Source: Euprymna scolopes (lineage: Eukaryota). Taken from it: DNA of 64,000 nt. Position numbers and translations under genes: made by a program. The stretch lies in assembly GCA_053919585.1 (NCBI GenBank), contig CM132784.1, one strand, 5' to 3'. The notes under the pieces were generated by a model. It was not told the origin of the DNA, did no database searches, and saw only the letters and a program-made list of their open reading frames with translations. Of this stretch, positions 12,407-25,942 are shown piece by piece; position 1 is the stretch's first letter; each line of letters begins with the position of its first letter.

Positions 12407-13091
12407 AATTCTTTGGTATAAAGTTGTATATTTTCACATATCACGTCCATCGCAGAAGTTGCTTTCTTAGCTTCTCATACGGTTAATATCAGATAGATGA
12501 AACTTACAAGCTATGAATGCACAGGTTCAATCATCTTACCGATGCAATTTGCAATCCCCTCTGATCCATTCGAATTGAATAAAAAACAGAAGGCATTACT
12601 TTTGGGACACCCTTGATAATATATAAAATATATGTAATAGAAAAAAATGAATATACATTAATAAATTAAATGAAAATTATTTAAATTATTTAATGATTGA
12701 ACTAGAAATTTATTCACTGTATTCTCAACGCGAATATTTTGCACGTTTTGATACTAAGTTAAAATCCAAATCTAAAGAGGAAATTTTCCGAAATGTTACG
12801 TCATACGTCAGTTGCTATACGCCATATGTCATTTGTCATACGTCATCGCGTCGCATTGAGGTTAAGTCAGATTTATAATCATGAAAAAATAATATAATAT
12901 TATCATTAATAATGAAGGGGGAAAAACGAAAAGCTCATTTTATTTTAATTTTTTGTATGTTTTATTTTGCTTTTAATCGGTTTGTATCTGATATACCTCT
13001 GAATTGAATTGCGCCCTATGAATTCTCTTCTCTCTCTGTCTCTCTCTGTCTCTCTCTCTCTGTATCTCTCTCTCTCTTTCTCCTCTTTGTG

Positions 13092-13455
13092 TAACAAATG
13101 GAGCTTAGGCGTTTGGAAAATGTTTGGACATTGTTAATTCACATACCCATTTGCAGCAGGCAAATAGCATAACAGTTAGGAGCGCCGACTGTCGTCTAGG
13201 CGGTCGAGTTTCAAACCTGGCTTGAGTTAGTTGCTAGCCGCACTGAAGAACTGTGATACAACGAAACAATCCCTCCGTGTATGATTATAAATTGGGAATT
13301 GATAAACAAACTGCCATAGAATGTGTAAACAAATGAAGCTTATGCGTTTGGACAATGTTTGACCACTGTTAATTCACGTACCCATCTTAACTGCAGCCAA
13401 ATAGCGTAACTAGGCAGTCGAGTTTTATACCTGCTAGTCTAACCGCACTGAAGAC
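13092..13455 (+). mobile_element. Two diverged tandem copies of a segment with a tRNA-derived SINE-like head
   Basis: AACAAAT(G/A)..AGCTTA(G/T)GCGTTTGGA.. at ~13093 and ~13328. A-box-like ATAGCATAACAGTTAGG and B-box-like GAGTTTCAAACC at ~13165-13218. Confidence 0.45.
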
Positions 13456-15612
13456 TTGAACGGTCTGTCTGTGGATGACTATATATGTATATGTTTCCTA
13501 TGTTTCGAGCTGGTAAGGAAATAGCAACTTATTATTATCTTTTAAAATTCAAGTGTGTTTTTATAATGCAGTAAAATATATTTTCTTTGAATTAAATTAT
13601 GTGCTTAGCACATTGTATATTCAGTTGACCTGAAATGAAGTGAAAGTACGTTAATAGAAGTGGAATCGCAAGAGACAAAAATGGAAGTATCAATTACCAT
13701 GCTGGGAGCTAAAATAATTTTAGTTTAGAACCGAAAGGAACGCTCGTGTTACCTGCCTCCCCCCCTCTCTCTCTCTGAATAATATACATGTGATAATGAA
13801 ACAAACACCCTATATTTTGATATAAACATATTCGCGTTAATTATCAGTAATTAGCAGCGATACGACAGAACAGCCTCTAAAAGAATCACTACCAGATATG
13901 TCGAGTCTCGTGCACAGCGGAACCCAGATCTGACCAATTAAGTCTCATCACTTAATCCTTTTCTCATTAGGCCCTTATAATTATCGTCAATAAGACGCCG
14001 AAAATTCTAGACGAGTATGCAACAAGAACCTTGTGGTTTCAGCGATGCAATTTGTTGCGGTACCAAAATAAGTCAGCAGAAGACGCTCGCTAGTTTGCCA
14101 TTTGATGTTGCGCCGACTCACTGTCTACGCTGGCTTTCAAAACATCACTATTTATATAAAATCAGGTATGAGTATATGTTTATATATTTGTATGCTCAAG
14201 ATGAATTCCTGAACTAATTAAATCAATCATTATGAAGTTGGAACACAGCTTTCTAGGCGTAAGAATGAGTAATCTAGACTATTTGGTTTAATTTGGTTTC
14301 ATGCAAAGGGCAGATGGGATTAAGGCCTTTCTTGAAAATTCAGAAATTTCCATATTTTGTGAAGTTTTAACATCAATTAATAAATATTCTCAAATCTTAA
14401 TTTCTTTGAATTACTTTAAAAACATGTAACGAGATTTGAAAATTAAATTATTCAAAATTTGCGTTAAATTTGATCATTAGTTAATTAAACAAGATTATTT
14501 CAATTTATTCTTAAAACGCCTTAAGATTATGCCTTAAATTTTAGGCATTGAAATCATGTAATGGATTTTGATAAAAAATGGAATAAGTATTCATGACATA
14601 AAGTTTAGTATCAATATATATTGATTTTCGTAAGCATACATTCAAGTGGTGCAAAACTGTTTACCCATTCTGAGACGGATATTTTTCTAGTTCTCTCAAA
14701 GTCTATGACTTTGACACGTCAATTTTTAATGAGAAAATCCCAATAAAAATAAATAATTGAAATTAAACTTTCTCGTGTGATACTATGTTGATTTCCCTAC
14801 CTGTTAAAATATAAATTAGTGGCGGTCTAGAATAGAAGCGTGACCTACATAAAAATGGCCATTGCATTAAAGTCACGTAAACTGATGTCACGGGAAAAAG
14901 TCTGAAGACACGACCGGAAGTCTTTCCGTTGTATCGAATTGTAGATGGAAATTACGAAAATCTTTCAAAAATAACTATTTTCTTTTTCTACAGAAAAGGG
15001 ATTATTTTCCATTTGAACACGAGCAATTAAAGAATTTTTGCCGGGGGAATACAGTAACGTAAGAGATATTTTTATTTTTTAAAGTTTATTTATTTATTAT
15101 TAAAATTTGTAATTTAAGAAAGCTAATCCGATACGTCCTTTTTTTTTCCTGAAAATATTTTTTTTTTACCTTACATAATAAACAAATATTTATTTAGTTT
15201 TCAAATAAAATCTTTAAATAAGTTATTGTATTCATTTTTAACAGTTCAAAGCAATATATTTAAACCATGTTTTAGGGGAAAAATAACAAATCTCGTGGAC
15301 GTACATATGAAAGCTTATGTAAACGAAAGATGTGCCGTAAAATAAAATAGCCGTCTTCATAAACAAGTAGATGCTAGCTATACAAAACAGAAAACCAAAA
15401 AACTATTGCTCAAGTTCATAAAGATGGAAACTTTGTTTTTTCAACAGTTTTCATTTTATTGTTTCCCATCTACGATGTTACTTGCTATGACTTGTTTTAT
15501 TATTTCGGTACTGATTCAGAGAGGGTTCCGTGTTGAAATAATATTAATATTTAGAAATCTATTCTTAGCATGAGGAGGGGTGTTTTGTAACTGTTCTGTA
15601 CTTTTATGTATG

Positions 15613-15615
<3 letters not shown>

Positions 15616-15687
<72 letters not shown>
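15616..15687. repeat. (TA)n microsatellite
   Basis: Direct reading; abuts the Helitron 5' end. Confidence 0.95.
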
Positions 15688-15690
<3 letters not shown>

Positions 15691-16976
15691 ATAAAAACAG
15701 AGATGTGTGTGCCACAGACGATTTCTGATTGGTTAATCCAATAATCACATCTCCTAAAAAACTATGGTTCGTAGGCTCTTACCTTTACCATAAAATATTA
15801 TGGCTTGATTTATTGTCCATCTTGGAAGGGTTTAATTTTTTCCTAACTTGCGATTTACAAATTTAAAAAATACGAAACTTACAATCTAACAATCGAACCT
15901 AACCTCCGACATCACGGCCGCCATTATGAAACTAAACCAAAAAAAAAAAAAAAAAAAGCGCCTTCACTCGTGGTCTTTACATTTCGGGTTTGGGTACTTG
16001 TGCAGTTTTCCATTGACATTAAAAAGTGGAAATATTTAAAAAAAAAATATATATATTGTACGTACTCGTCATGGGATAAAGTTTTCCTACAGAAAAAATC
16101 ACGTAATTTCATCAAGTAGTTATTTTTTTATAGCGAAAAAAGAAAAAAATCAACGCTACAAGCGAGTCATTATTAATTAAACAGAAAGTTCAAGTAGGGG
16201 GATTTCCCCATTTTTTTTTTATAGCGAGGCCAAATTTCGCGAATTTGGCCTTTTTTTAAAGCAGTTTGGCCTTCAAATTTCTGTTTGGCCTTTTTCTTCA
16301 CCGATGAAATAAAAAAAGCAAATAAAAACAACGCAATAAAACTTTTAAAAATACGGCACACTTTTGTTGTTCTTGTTTGTTTTTTTTTTGGTAATTTTCC
16401 TTATTTTTTTATTTTTTCAAGATAATACTATTAAATGGACACTATTATGCCAAATTAGCCCCCCCCCGAAAAAAAATGCACAAAAATTCGAGATTTAAGG
16501 TTTTGACGAGATAATTTAGCGAATTGTCCGGACTATTGCGAGAGAACCATCCATTAGTTTTTCCTGAAATTTTGCCACAAATTGTATTTCAATACATAGA
16601 TGTGCATAGTAACAACATTTTTTAGCCGAAAATTTCTGTTGCGTCCCCAGATTTCATCGGTGAAGAAAAAGGCCAAACATAAATTTTGAAGGCCAAACTG
16701 CTTTAAAAAAAGGCCAAATTCGCGAAATTTGGCCTCGCTATCAAACGATTTGACCTTTGAGAACTCTACCAAACTCCTCCTACAATTTTGGGTCTAAACA
16801 CGTGATATTTTAGATATAGATTCCTTGGACATGGATCTAACTTATTACCTTTACTTGATCCCTAAACAATAAATGTTAAGAAGTCATAATAGGGGTCAAA
16901 GTTTAAAAAATTGACCGTTTTTTTTTCTCAGCATTAACCTCAAAACACCTGGGCAACGCCGGGCACCGATTGCTAG
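15688..16976 (+). mobile_element. Non-autonomous Helitron-like element
   Basis: 5' A|TCTATAAAAAC, 3' hairpin CCTGGGCAACGCCGGG followed by CTAG|T. It sits in a (TA)n tract at an A|T site with no TSD. Confidence 0.8.
16221..16741. mobile_element. MITE with ~90-bp TIRs nested in the Helitron
   Basis: ATAGCGAGGCCAAATTTCGCGAATTTGGCC...CACCGATGAAAT (16221-16310) is the near-perfect reverse complement of 16650-16741; TA-flanked. Confidence 0.85.
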
Positions 16977-17218
16977 TATATATATATATATAAGGGGGTT
17001 TCAAACATGGAATGAGATCATATATAACTGCTCAATACTGTAAAGCTTTGTAATAATATAAAATATACACTCGTAAGTGTTTCATTCCATCGAAGGAATT
17101 CGTCAGATTAAAAATAAAAACGCTCTTTCACGATTTCACGAAACTTTATTTGTTTATCTTTCTGTCAGGGGGAAGTTTTTAAATTGTATTTCTTAAATAC
17201 ATCATCATCAACAGATAC

Positions 17219-17269
17219 ATCTTTAACGATTGCTAAGGAACGATACGTTCCTTAGCAATCGTTAAAGAT
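17219..17269. repeat. Perfect 24-bp-arm hairpin with a 3-nt loop
   Basis: ATCTTTAACGATTGCTAAGGAACG-ATA-CGTTCCTTAGCAATCGTTAAAGAT. Confidence 0.95.
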
Positions 17270-17931
17270 CGCGGCCAGAGCCGAATGCGATAACAAATTC
17301 TGTGTCGGCATTAAGCATGGTTGTATGCTGCTGTGTTCGTTAAATATAATATAAATGAGGAGTTGTTTCTAGTTAAAATCTTTTAAATATTGTGCATGTC
17401 ACTTGAGAAAAACATGCTTGGAATGCGTCAACGTTATGCAAATAAGCAAAATCAAAATAAAATAGCGACCGAATTTGACCGGATGTTGTGTGTTTCTGTT
17501 AGATTTATTAAACACGTTTATATCTGGACCTTAAAATAGTCATACATCGGAATGTTGTTTTAAGGCGTCGATAATGTAAACACGATTTCAATCTCACATT
17601 TTAATCATATTCGTAACCTTAAAAAATTATAAAATCATTTCTAATTTATTTTAGGTTTTTTCTTTTGACATTGAATGGTACAAAAGTTATGATGATAATA
17701 TTAAATTTTATTGAAGTTACATTGTGTTACATACTGAGAGGTTAATTCTGTGGTGCGCTTTGGAGGTATCAAAGTGCTTTTCTCCTGTTACATGTGTAAT
17801 TAAAATGTCAATTCGAAATGATTCTTCATTTATTTATATTTAACAAAAAAATAAAAATAAAATAAAATTACATAAAACCATTTTAATGTCTATACAACAT
17901 TTTTTCTCGCATTCTGCTCTGGTCGCGATAA
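17266..17931. mobile_element. TTAA-flanked non-autonomous DNA transposon (MITE)
   Basis: Left end ATCGCGGCCAGAGCCGAATGCGA versus reverse complement of the right end ATCGCGACCAGAGCAGAATGCGA; TTAA at 17262-17265 and 17932-17935. Confidence 0.65.
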
Positions 17932-18440
17932 TTAATGCTTACCCGTTCTATTGTTATTCTAAACTCTTAGTAATATGAGCTGAAGTAATCCCCTCCGCTC
18001 CGGAAAAGGGAGTTTTAAAGACAATCTTAAGTTCAGATTTTAAGCCCGTTTTTTTCTATGTCTATGTGTTAATATTCTTTGCTCTGAATATAAATGTCAC
18101 ACTTGTTACGGGTTCAGGAGGAGTCCTTCAGATTGTGACAGTTGCCAGTCAATTTGCGCCAATTAGAGTTTATTCTCGATGGCTTGTTCGCATGCGATGG
18201 TCTACTGTCCGCGATTTTCGCTGCTAAGCAGCGCTATTAGATAGAAATCCGACCGAATAGGAGAGAACACACGTGATCGGATCTCGTGATATTGCGCGAG
18301 ATTTGAAAACCAAGGTTATCGGGCATTAGTGATGCTATTATTGAAAAAAGAGACACAAACGACAAAAAAAGTAAACAACAAGAGGCAACTATTAAGATTC
18401 GTCCATTAAATTTACGCGTTTATCGCGGAAACATTTAGAA

Positions 18441-19025
18441 CTAGCAGGCCGCCCGGTGTTGTTCAGTTGTAAAATACACATAAATAGTATATTTTAATTA
18501 ATGCTGATTATTTATTTATTATAAACCGAAATAATGTAGGTATTATACGTAATGTTTAATTCCTTTTAAGAAAAAATGAAGTAAAAAAAAACAAAAAAAA
18601 AAAAACGGAAAGAAACTGAGACGTGCATGCAAGTATTATATTTTTTCGAAACATTTCACTTTTTGTAAGTAAAAAAAATACTCGAGCTGAGATTGCAACC
18701 AAAACCTAAAGGCAGTAAGTCAAATACCACAGTAAATAGGCCAGCATGATACGATCTTTAAAAAGTGTTTTCAAACCTACTTATTCTTGACATAAGAAAT
18801 CTGTCACGTGAACGATTCACGCGCGTGCATTTGTGAAACAGTTGACAAACAGATGAAAATCCTATACCCCCCCCCACACACACACGTACCAATTTTTCAT
18901 TTTTTACTTTTTAGGAGACCCTTTTCCGGATGAAAACTGATTAAAATGTTTCTGAATTCCTTATATATATAAAATTTCAAGTCTGTAGATCAAACATTTG
19001 TTGAGCACATAGGTTGAGAATTGTC

Positions 19026-19098
<73 letters not shown>

Positions 19099-19113
19099 TA
19101 TCACTTTTATAGA
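18441..19113 (-). mobile_element. Non-autonomous Helitron-like element
   Basis: Minus-strand 3' end ...AACAACACCGGGCGGCCTGCTAG. 5' end TCTATAAAAG followed by a (TG)n(AG)n tract. Confidence 0.6.
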
Positions 19114-20721
19114 TATAAGCGTGATAAACTGACAAAAATAATCTTTTCAAGAGGAAATGTGACAAACCAACGAATATTATATTTTAAACGTAAATGTGAC
19201 AGACTGACGTAACTGCTATTTCTAACATAAGTTTGTTAGATTTGTAAAAATAGCATTTCACTCTTAAACGTAACAAACGGACAAACGAACGGAGATTCTT
19301 ACAAAGATGATTGGACGCACATGGTAAATTTACAATAGCCAACAAAACATAAAAGGACTGAAAATTAAATATACAACAAATAAATGTTACTAAAGGCAAG
19401 ATAACTTACTCTTCTACTTACCTATATATGTGTTGTTGACGGACAGGTCAATGATGAAGACACGGACACGAATATAGGTTAGGGAAAGGTATTTGAATTG
19501 AGAACGAAACAGAATATACATAGAACAACAGTCGTAGTACTTAACGCCAAGATGGCGTACTACGAAGTACACAAGCACGCTACACGAAAGTCGGAAGCTC
19601 TCGGTCAATTTATTAAGTTTGGAGATTTAATATCTTGTGCATCAGCGAGTCCCCACATCAGTATAGCTTTTGTATTTTAATTGAAAAAAAAATGGTGGTT
19701 TGTAACAGCTATTTGAACCCTCAATAATTGCTAAAAACTAAAAAATTAAATAGTATTTTGTTTAATTTTCGATCTTTTTCGTTCTAACTCAACAAATTTA
19801 ACACTACTTTTGTTTCAAGGTAAATAAGCGCTTTAAAATAAGCGAAAATACAATGCCTTTGGTAATATTTATTTGGTAATAGTTATCTTTTTTCAGACCC
19901 TTTTTGTTTTTGTTTTTGTTTTCCTATTGTAAAAAAATGCCCGCGCATTTAAAATGAGATGCGTGCATGTAATTTGTGTGTTTAACGATGAACACCCATC
20001 AAAAACTTAAGCGAAACGACGAAAATGATATTTTAAACCCAAGTGTTAAAGATCGACCAACGGACAGAGTCTTTTATAGAGACGTTTAAACGCATCTCAA
20101 ACGGGTCATTTAATCTAACAATGAAGTTTAACAATGCAAAATGCTATTTCAAACGCAAGCGTGACAGACAAACTAATTAATAGAGTTTATTCTAGAAATG
20201 CTTGGACGTATCTAAAATATATAAGAAAAAAAAAAAAAACTCCCATTCGAAAATTAAATGTTATTTCAGTCTGTGTGACAGTGCAACTAATCGACAGATG
20301 GAGAATATCGGACGCAACTAAAATACGAAATTGAGAGCGGGAGGGTGCTTTCAACTTAATTTGACAGAGGAGAGAATTGCCCAGAAGCGGAATCGAGTGA
20401 CTAAGAGATGGGTGTGATGTGCGTGCATGTGACATTGTTGCATTTAGGGAGGGTGTATTGACCGAACAGGGTAGCAAAGGGATTGTGGAGGGTGAGGTAG
20501 AAAGAATTAGGAGACAGGACACAATGCGGTTGATAATTAGGTCAGGCGAAGATGAATATCTTTCTCACAAAACGATGGGAGAAAGCTGATGTTACAAGCG
20601 GCGATAATGATAATAATGACAGACAATTAAAAATCATTTCTGGCGCTTCCGAGTCTCCATTACGCGGCTTGTCGAGCTGAGAATTAAGTTAATGCTATTA
20701 GTATCAGTGGTGATTAAGATC

Positions 20722-21060
20722 TTTAGTTTAGTTTCGTTTCCATGTTTTACAGCATATCAACCGTTTTAAGAAGTCATTACACGCAGAAGCACACCGCCTT
20801 TTGTAAACGATGCAGTTGTTGGTTTAGCGTGTACGTTTTACAGCATATCAGCCATTTTGGCATTAATCAATGTCGAAATTAACATCAGCATGGTTTACAA
20901 TTTTTGTTTAGATTAGGTCGTTTGTTTTACGACATATCAGCTCTCTTAGAGTTTATTTCATGTTGAAGTACAATACCTATTGTAAACGAGTTATCAATTA
21001 ATTGGTTTGACTGTTTTATTGCTTGTCAACTCACTTCGACATTATTTAACGGCAACATTT
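20722..21060. repeat. Four diverged ~90-bp tandem units (SINE/LINE-tail-like)
   Basis: Recurring GTTTTAC(A/G)(G/A)CATATCA(A/G)C motif at ~20744, ~20836 and ~20925, with a weaker copy at ~21013. Confidence 0.55.
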
Positions 21061-21481
21061 TCTTATTAGTATTGATAACGATTTATATCATTATTTAGTG
21101 TGTTCTGATTTTACTTGTCCCCCCATTCTTTATTTAAGCCCGAAGTGGGTCGGAGAGCATGGAGACGAATACTGTCTTCCATCTTCCTATGGCTAACACT
21201 TGATCTCTATTTGAGACATAGATATTCGAATGTTCCATTCAAGTTCTTCTTGACCTTTGTGTTAGGAAAGAAATTAGGAATATATTTTTTTCGTCCTAAT
21301 TAACCATTCAAATTCAAGTTGTAGTATACTTTTTTTTTGCATAGGAGTCACCACTTATTAAGGCTCAAAAGATAAGGGTTAATCGGTGTACATTAGTCAA
21401 TAGGACAATGTCGTAGTAATCGTTAGAAGTGGAAATTTGGTAAATCGGATTACTTAAGGGGACGAATCATCAAGAACTTGT

Positions 21482-21890
21482 TTACGTGGGACTTGAAGAC
21501 GACCCTATTGTAGTCAGCTGGAAAGCAGGCAAACGGAAGACAGTCTGTGCAGTTCTGAGAAAAAAATGAAGGCAGGTGTGCAGTTCTAAGAAAAAAAAGC
21601 TTTGTTCATGGAATCCACGTTTAGGTTTGGGCATAGATAAAAAGTGGGAGAAATTATTGATAGTGTTTTCAGCTAGACAAGTGTTTCTCGTTAAATTTTG
21701 GCGAGGGGGTACCATGGATTGAAGCCCAGAAGAGCACTTGCCATAAAAATAAGGATAAAGCAGAGACAAGCTCGCAACGTCTCTTCTGTGCGAAAGAGGT
21801 TGAAGGGAAGAAAAAAGGGCATCCCCCACTAGGCTACTAAGTCTATTTTAAACTCTGTCAAGGCAGGATAAGTCGTTTCTAGCAGCTTTT
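21482..21890 (-). mobile_element. 3' fragment of a LINE ORF2 (same family as 5200-5900)
   Basis: LQPLSHRRDVASLSLLYPYFYGKCSSGLQSMVPP...FHEQSFF. Confidence 0.88.
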
Positions 21891-23272
21891 TTTCCTGAAA
21901 ATTCTTGTGTAATATACCTTGTTCAAAGAAGATTGTTATTTTCTTTTAGTCTTTCTTTAATTTTTCTTGTGGTATAAACCCAGAGGGATCAGCTCTTTCG
22001 GTGCTACTGACGGATAGTCTGAAGCTATGTATACGTTTGCACTGTTAGCGTGAATTTTAAATTGAAAGAACTGAGTCACATCTTTGAAAACATTATTCCA
22101 TAAGATTATTTGAACATGTTAGAAAACAACATGATGACCCCTATGGGTTAATACCACCAGAAAAATGAAGAGAAAAGGCCCTAAAAACAAAGCCTGTTTG
22201 TCAGAAAAAATTGATTCAATAATTTAATAAAATATTTTATAACATTATTTGGTGTTCTAAAATGTTCCAAAAAGAATCTTATGTGCATTACTCTTAAAAA
22301 GGAAGAATACAACTCACACGCGGCTCAAGCAAAGATGGCGGGTGTGTCCACCGACTGTAATCATATCAGAATTTACACGCGCTTTACAAACGAAATGTCG
22401 GATGCACGAAATGTGATAGCCATTTATTTTTGCCAGCCGAAGTACGATTAGTCGTAATCTGGTTCGCTGGACGAATGATAAAGACTGGCAATGGCTTCTG
22501 TTTCGTGATAACTCCTCTCGTGAGGGATTCGTTTGGCTATTTCATTATCGTTTATAACCAATCATGCCAGGGATGTTAGTAATGGCGTCCAGCAAAACGC
22601 AATGCTGACAATAAAGGCAATTATTAATGAGAGTAAAGACAGGAGAACGGGTGCGGGTAATTATAAAAGAGAAAATAAAGTTGGAATAGTATCATCAGTG
22701 GCAAAGGTCAGAGGTCAAACAGTGCTGATAAAACAATTAATGATATCCGGTTGGCAGTAGTTAATGCAGTTAAATACCCAGTCTGTCGACCAAGAAGAAT
22801 ACAAAACACAACGTTATAAAACCGAAGCGATGACCTTTTTAATACAATTTTTTATAACAAAGCTTATCCAACCTGAGATCAAAGTGTAGCGTCTTTTCTG
22901 TATCAGAAAATTGGTTCTCCCATGTATTACTTACTTCGCGATGGACCGTCGACGGAACAGATCAGACCAGTCGAGGATATGTCCTCGGCAATAAGTTCAG
23001 CACTGATTTATTTCGATCGGGCTGAGGTAGTGTTCTGTTCAGTCCTAGAAGATTAACCTGCCCAGGCTTTATCTTCTCTCATGGAAAAGTGGTTATTTTA
23101 TTGCTAATCGTGCAAGACGCCCATACTGGGAAATGCTGACGGAACTGTTCCTGCATTTCTTTTTTGTATGGTAGATTTTACTTCTACTAGTTCGCTGACT
23201 TTTCAAGATCTCACTGACCTTGTTCATAACATAGAACTTACGTAAATAGAAGATCAAACTATTTTTGCATCC

Positions 23273-23275
<3 letters not shown>

Positions 23276-23344
<69 letters not shown>
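23276..23344. repeat. (GA)n microsatellite
   Basis: Direct reading. Confidence 0.97.
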
Positions 23345-23346
<2 letters not shown>

Positions 23347-24867
23347 ATTTGAGGAGCTACATACACTATAAAATGATCTTGTATCTAACATTACTGATGT
23401 GGGCCGCAGGTGAACAAAGCAATTTGCCCAGGTATTACCTTTTTTCAGATGTGGGATTCTGTCGCCTTAGGCATTACCATCTGTGTGAGGATAGTGACAA
23501 GTTAGCACAATGCCCTATTTTCAGAGAAAGAGAGAGAGAGAGGGATATAAACTCGACGTGTGTCTAATCCTGTTGTTATGGCAAGCAAGTCAACATTCTT
23601 GACTTTAGCAATAACATTAAAATCTAATTTAGTCTAAGAAATCCAGTTTCCAAGGCATTGTCTCCTGTTTTCAAAGAAGTCTAGTTCAGGACAATGCAGT
23701 GCTCCTTCTGGGAAAGTTGGATAGGTATATGTAAGTCGACATCGGTTTTAGGTGGAAGCACGGGTTTAAGTCTTGATCGACTTAAATGTTTCATTGCTCA
23801 CATTTTCTAGCTTTCATTCTTAGTAGATATAAAACCGTTTAATTTAATAATACGATAAAACTTTTGAAAAAACGTGTGATTAAAAGCTGTGTTAACTCTG
23901 ATATAAAACAATATTATTAATGATATACTTGCGCCACTATATCTCAGTGCCACGATTGTTAAAACACTCTTCAGCATGGCCGGATGGTAATTTGGCCATA
24001 AGCATACAGATACACAGAAATGCAACCCCAGAATTCCCTTTCCTTGATCGACCACCTTTTTCGTCCAGATGGCATAGGGTAAGCACGCATATTTCTGTCT
24101 CTTCGTAAACGAGAGTGAGCCCCCACCCTCTTGTCGTTATTAGTTAGGTTAGTTAGTTTAATTTTGAAGATTATCAATTGTAAATTGTCTTTGTGTATAT
24201 ATTGTATATATTTTGTAGAATAAATAGTTAATTATGTTTCATATGTGTAACGATTCTGTCGCGTTGTGTGTTGTCTTGTGTCTGCCATAATTAAACAACG
24301 AAGCGGTCCGGAGGACGAAGGAAGAAGATTCCAACCAGAATGCCGCTACTTGAGAGAATGGAGGAGCCACACATGCAACATCGCAGGTATGCTTTTCTTC
24401 TCGATACACAGACCCTAATGACTGGCCCATCTTCACATCGTCATGAGACCGTTTCTAAGGCATTTAGTGTAACACGTGACGCCGGTCGCAGGCCATTGAC
24501 CGGCTGATAGTGTTTGAAAATGTTGACTGTAGACGAAAGATTGACTCTTAAAAATAGTCAACGGCATAACCAAAAATAATAGCCACAAACATCTCGACCC
24601 ATTTTTGTTGATATTTCCATGTGCTTATCTGTGGATATCGTTTATTCTCTCGGGGAATTGGTTGCGTTCCCAGAACATTTCTCAACTAAGCATCTCTTCC
24701 CGGGGAAGCGATAGTACCATATACTAACAGTACCTATACAAATTCCACAGCGGACTCATTCATATCTAATATATTGATGTTCACATTCTATAGATAGTCA
24801 GTGTAAATGGAGACGCTCTGATATTATTGTAGCTTTTTTGTTAAAACTGCAAAAGTATTTATCTAAG

Positions 24868-25076
24868 CTAGCAAGGACGCCCGGCGTAGCCCGATCGTAA
24901 AGTACGCTTTAATATGATATTTTAATTCTTGCAGATTTCGTACATATTATCATAGAGTTAATGTTCTATCGATTTTTTATATATCATAAAGTTGCGATTT
25001 AAAAATAAAATATATATATATATATCCATATGACATGGGTGCATCAGCTCGAATCAAAACCGAAATCAAAACTTAT

Positions 25077-25152
<76 letters not shown>

Positions 25153-25863
25153 ATAAAAAAAATAAAGAATTCTTAGTAAAATTATTTATAAAAAAATAAA
25201 TGGCTTGAGTGTCATCAGCTATAATCAAAACCTAAATCCAAACTTATTTATTATTTCAAGAAATTGAAGTCCATAACAATTAAACGACAGTCACTCGGCT
25301 ATAAACGTGACAAACAAAATAAATAACATACACGCACATACACTTATCACAATATTCTGTGGATCTATATTAAAAAATCTTGTTAAACTTTGTGACATAT
25401 TTCCATTCTATGGAGGTCAGGCGCGAACGAACACCCCATAATTTTATTATACCATATTTCTTCAAACTGAAACAATTATCAAAGTATACTTACGCAGAGA
25501 GATATGAAAAGTCTTTATTAAAGTTTGTGCCGATTTCTATTCTATGGAGGCCAGCGCGAACGCAGACCCCACAATTTTATTATACCATCCGTATTTAAGT
25601 TAAAACATACTTATCAAAGTATACTTATGTATATCTATATCAAAATTTTTTTTTTTAATTTTTAAATTCTTTATTTCCATACTTTGTGGACCAAGCGCGT
25701 ACGCAGACCCCACAAATTTAATGAACCACCGTTTTGATGGATCAAACATACCCATTCCTGTGTCTCGATACATCTTCTATCATTATATGTAATCAGTTTT
25801 TTAAAATAGTAACTCATATAGGAGCCTATTCGTGACCAAACACACACACATACACACATTCAG

Positions 25864-25940
<77 letters not shown>

Positions 25941-25942
25941 GA
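24868..25942 (-). mobile_element. Non-autonomous Helitron-like element with internal subrepeats
   Basis: Minus-strand 3' end TCGGGCTACGCCGGGCGTCCTTGCTAG. The 5' region has (TA)n/(TG)n tracts. Three diverged copies of a TTCTATGGAGG..GCGCGAACG..ACCCCA-like motif lie at 25400-25720. The 5' boundary is approximate. Confidence 0.6.

Noticed and set aside
14017-14217. Coding exon ending at CAG|GTATGA
   Set aside because: A donor-like site is present but there is no recognisable protein similarity or partner exon.
23380-23760. Possible LINE endonuclease/RT remnant
   Set aside because: The composition is suggestive but I could not read a diagnostic motif.
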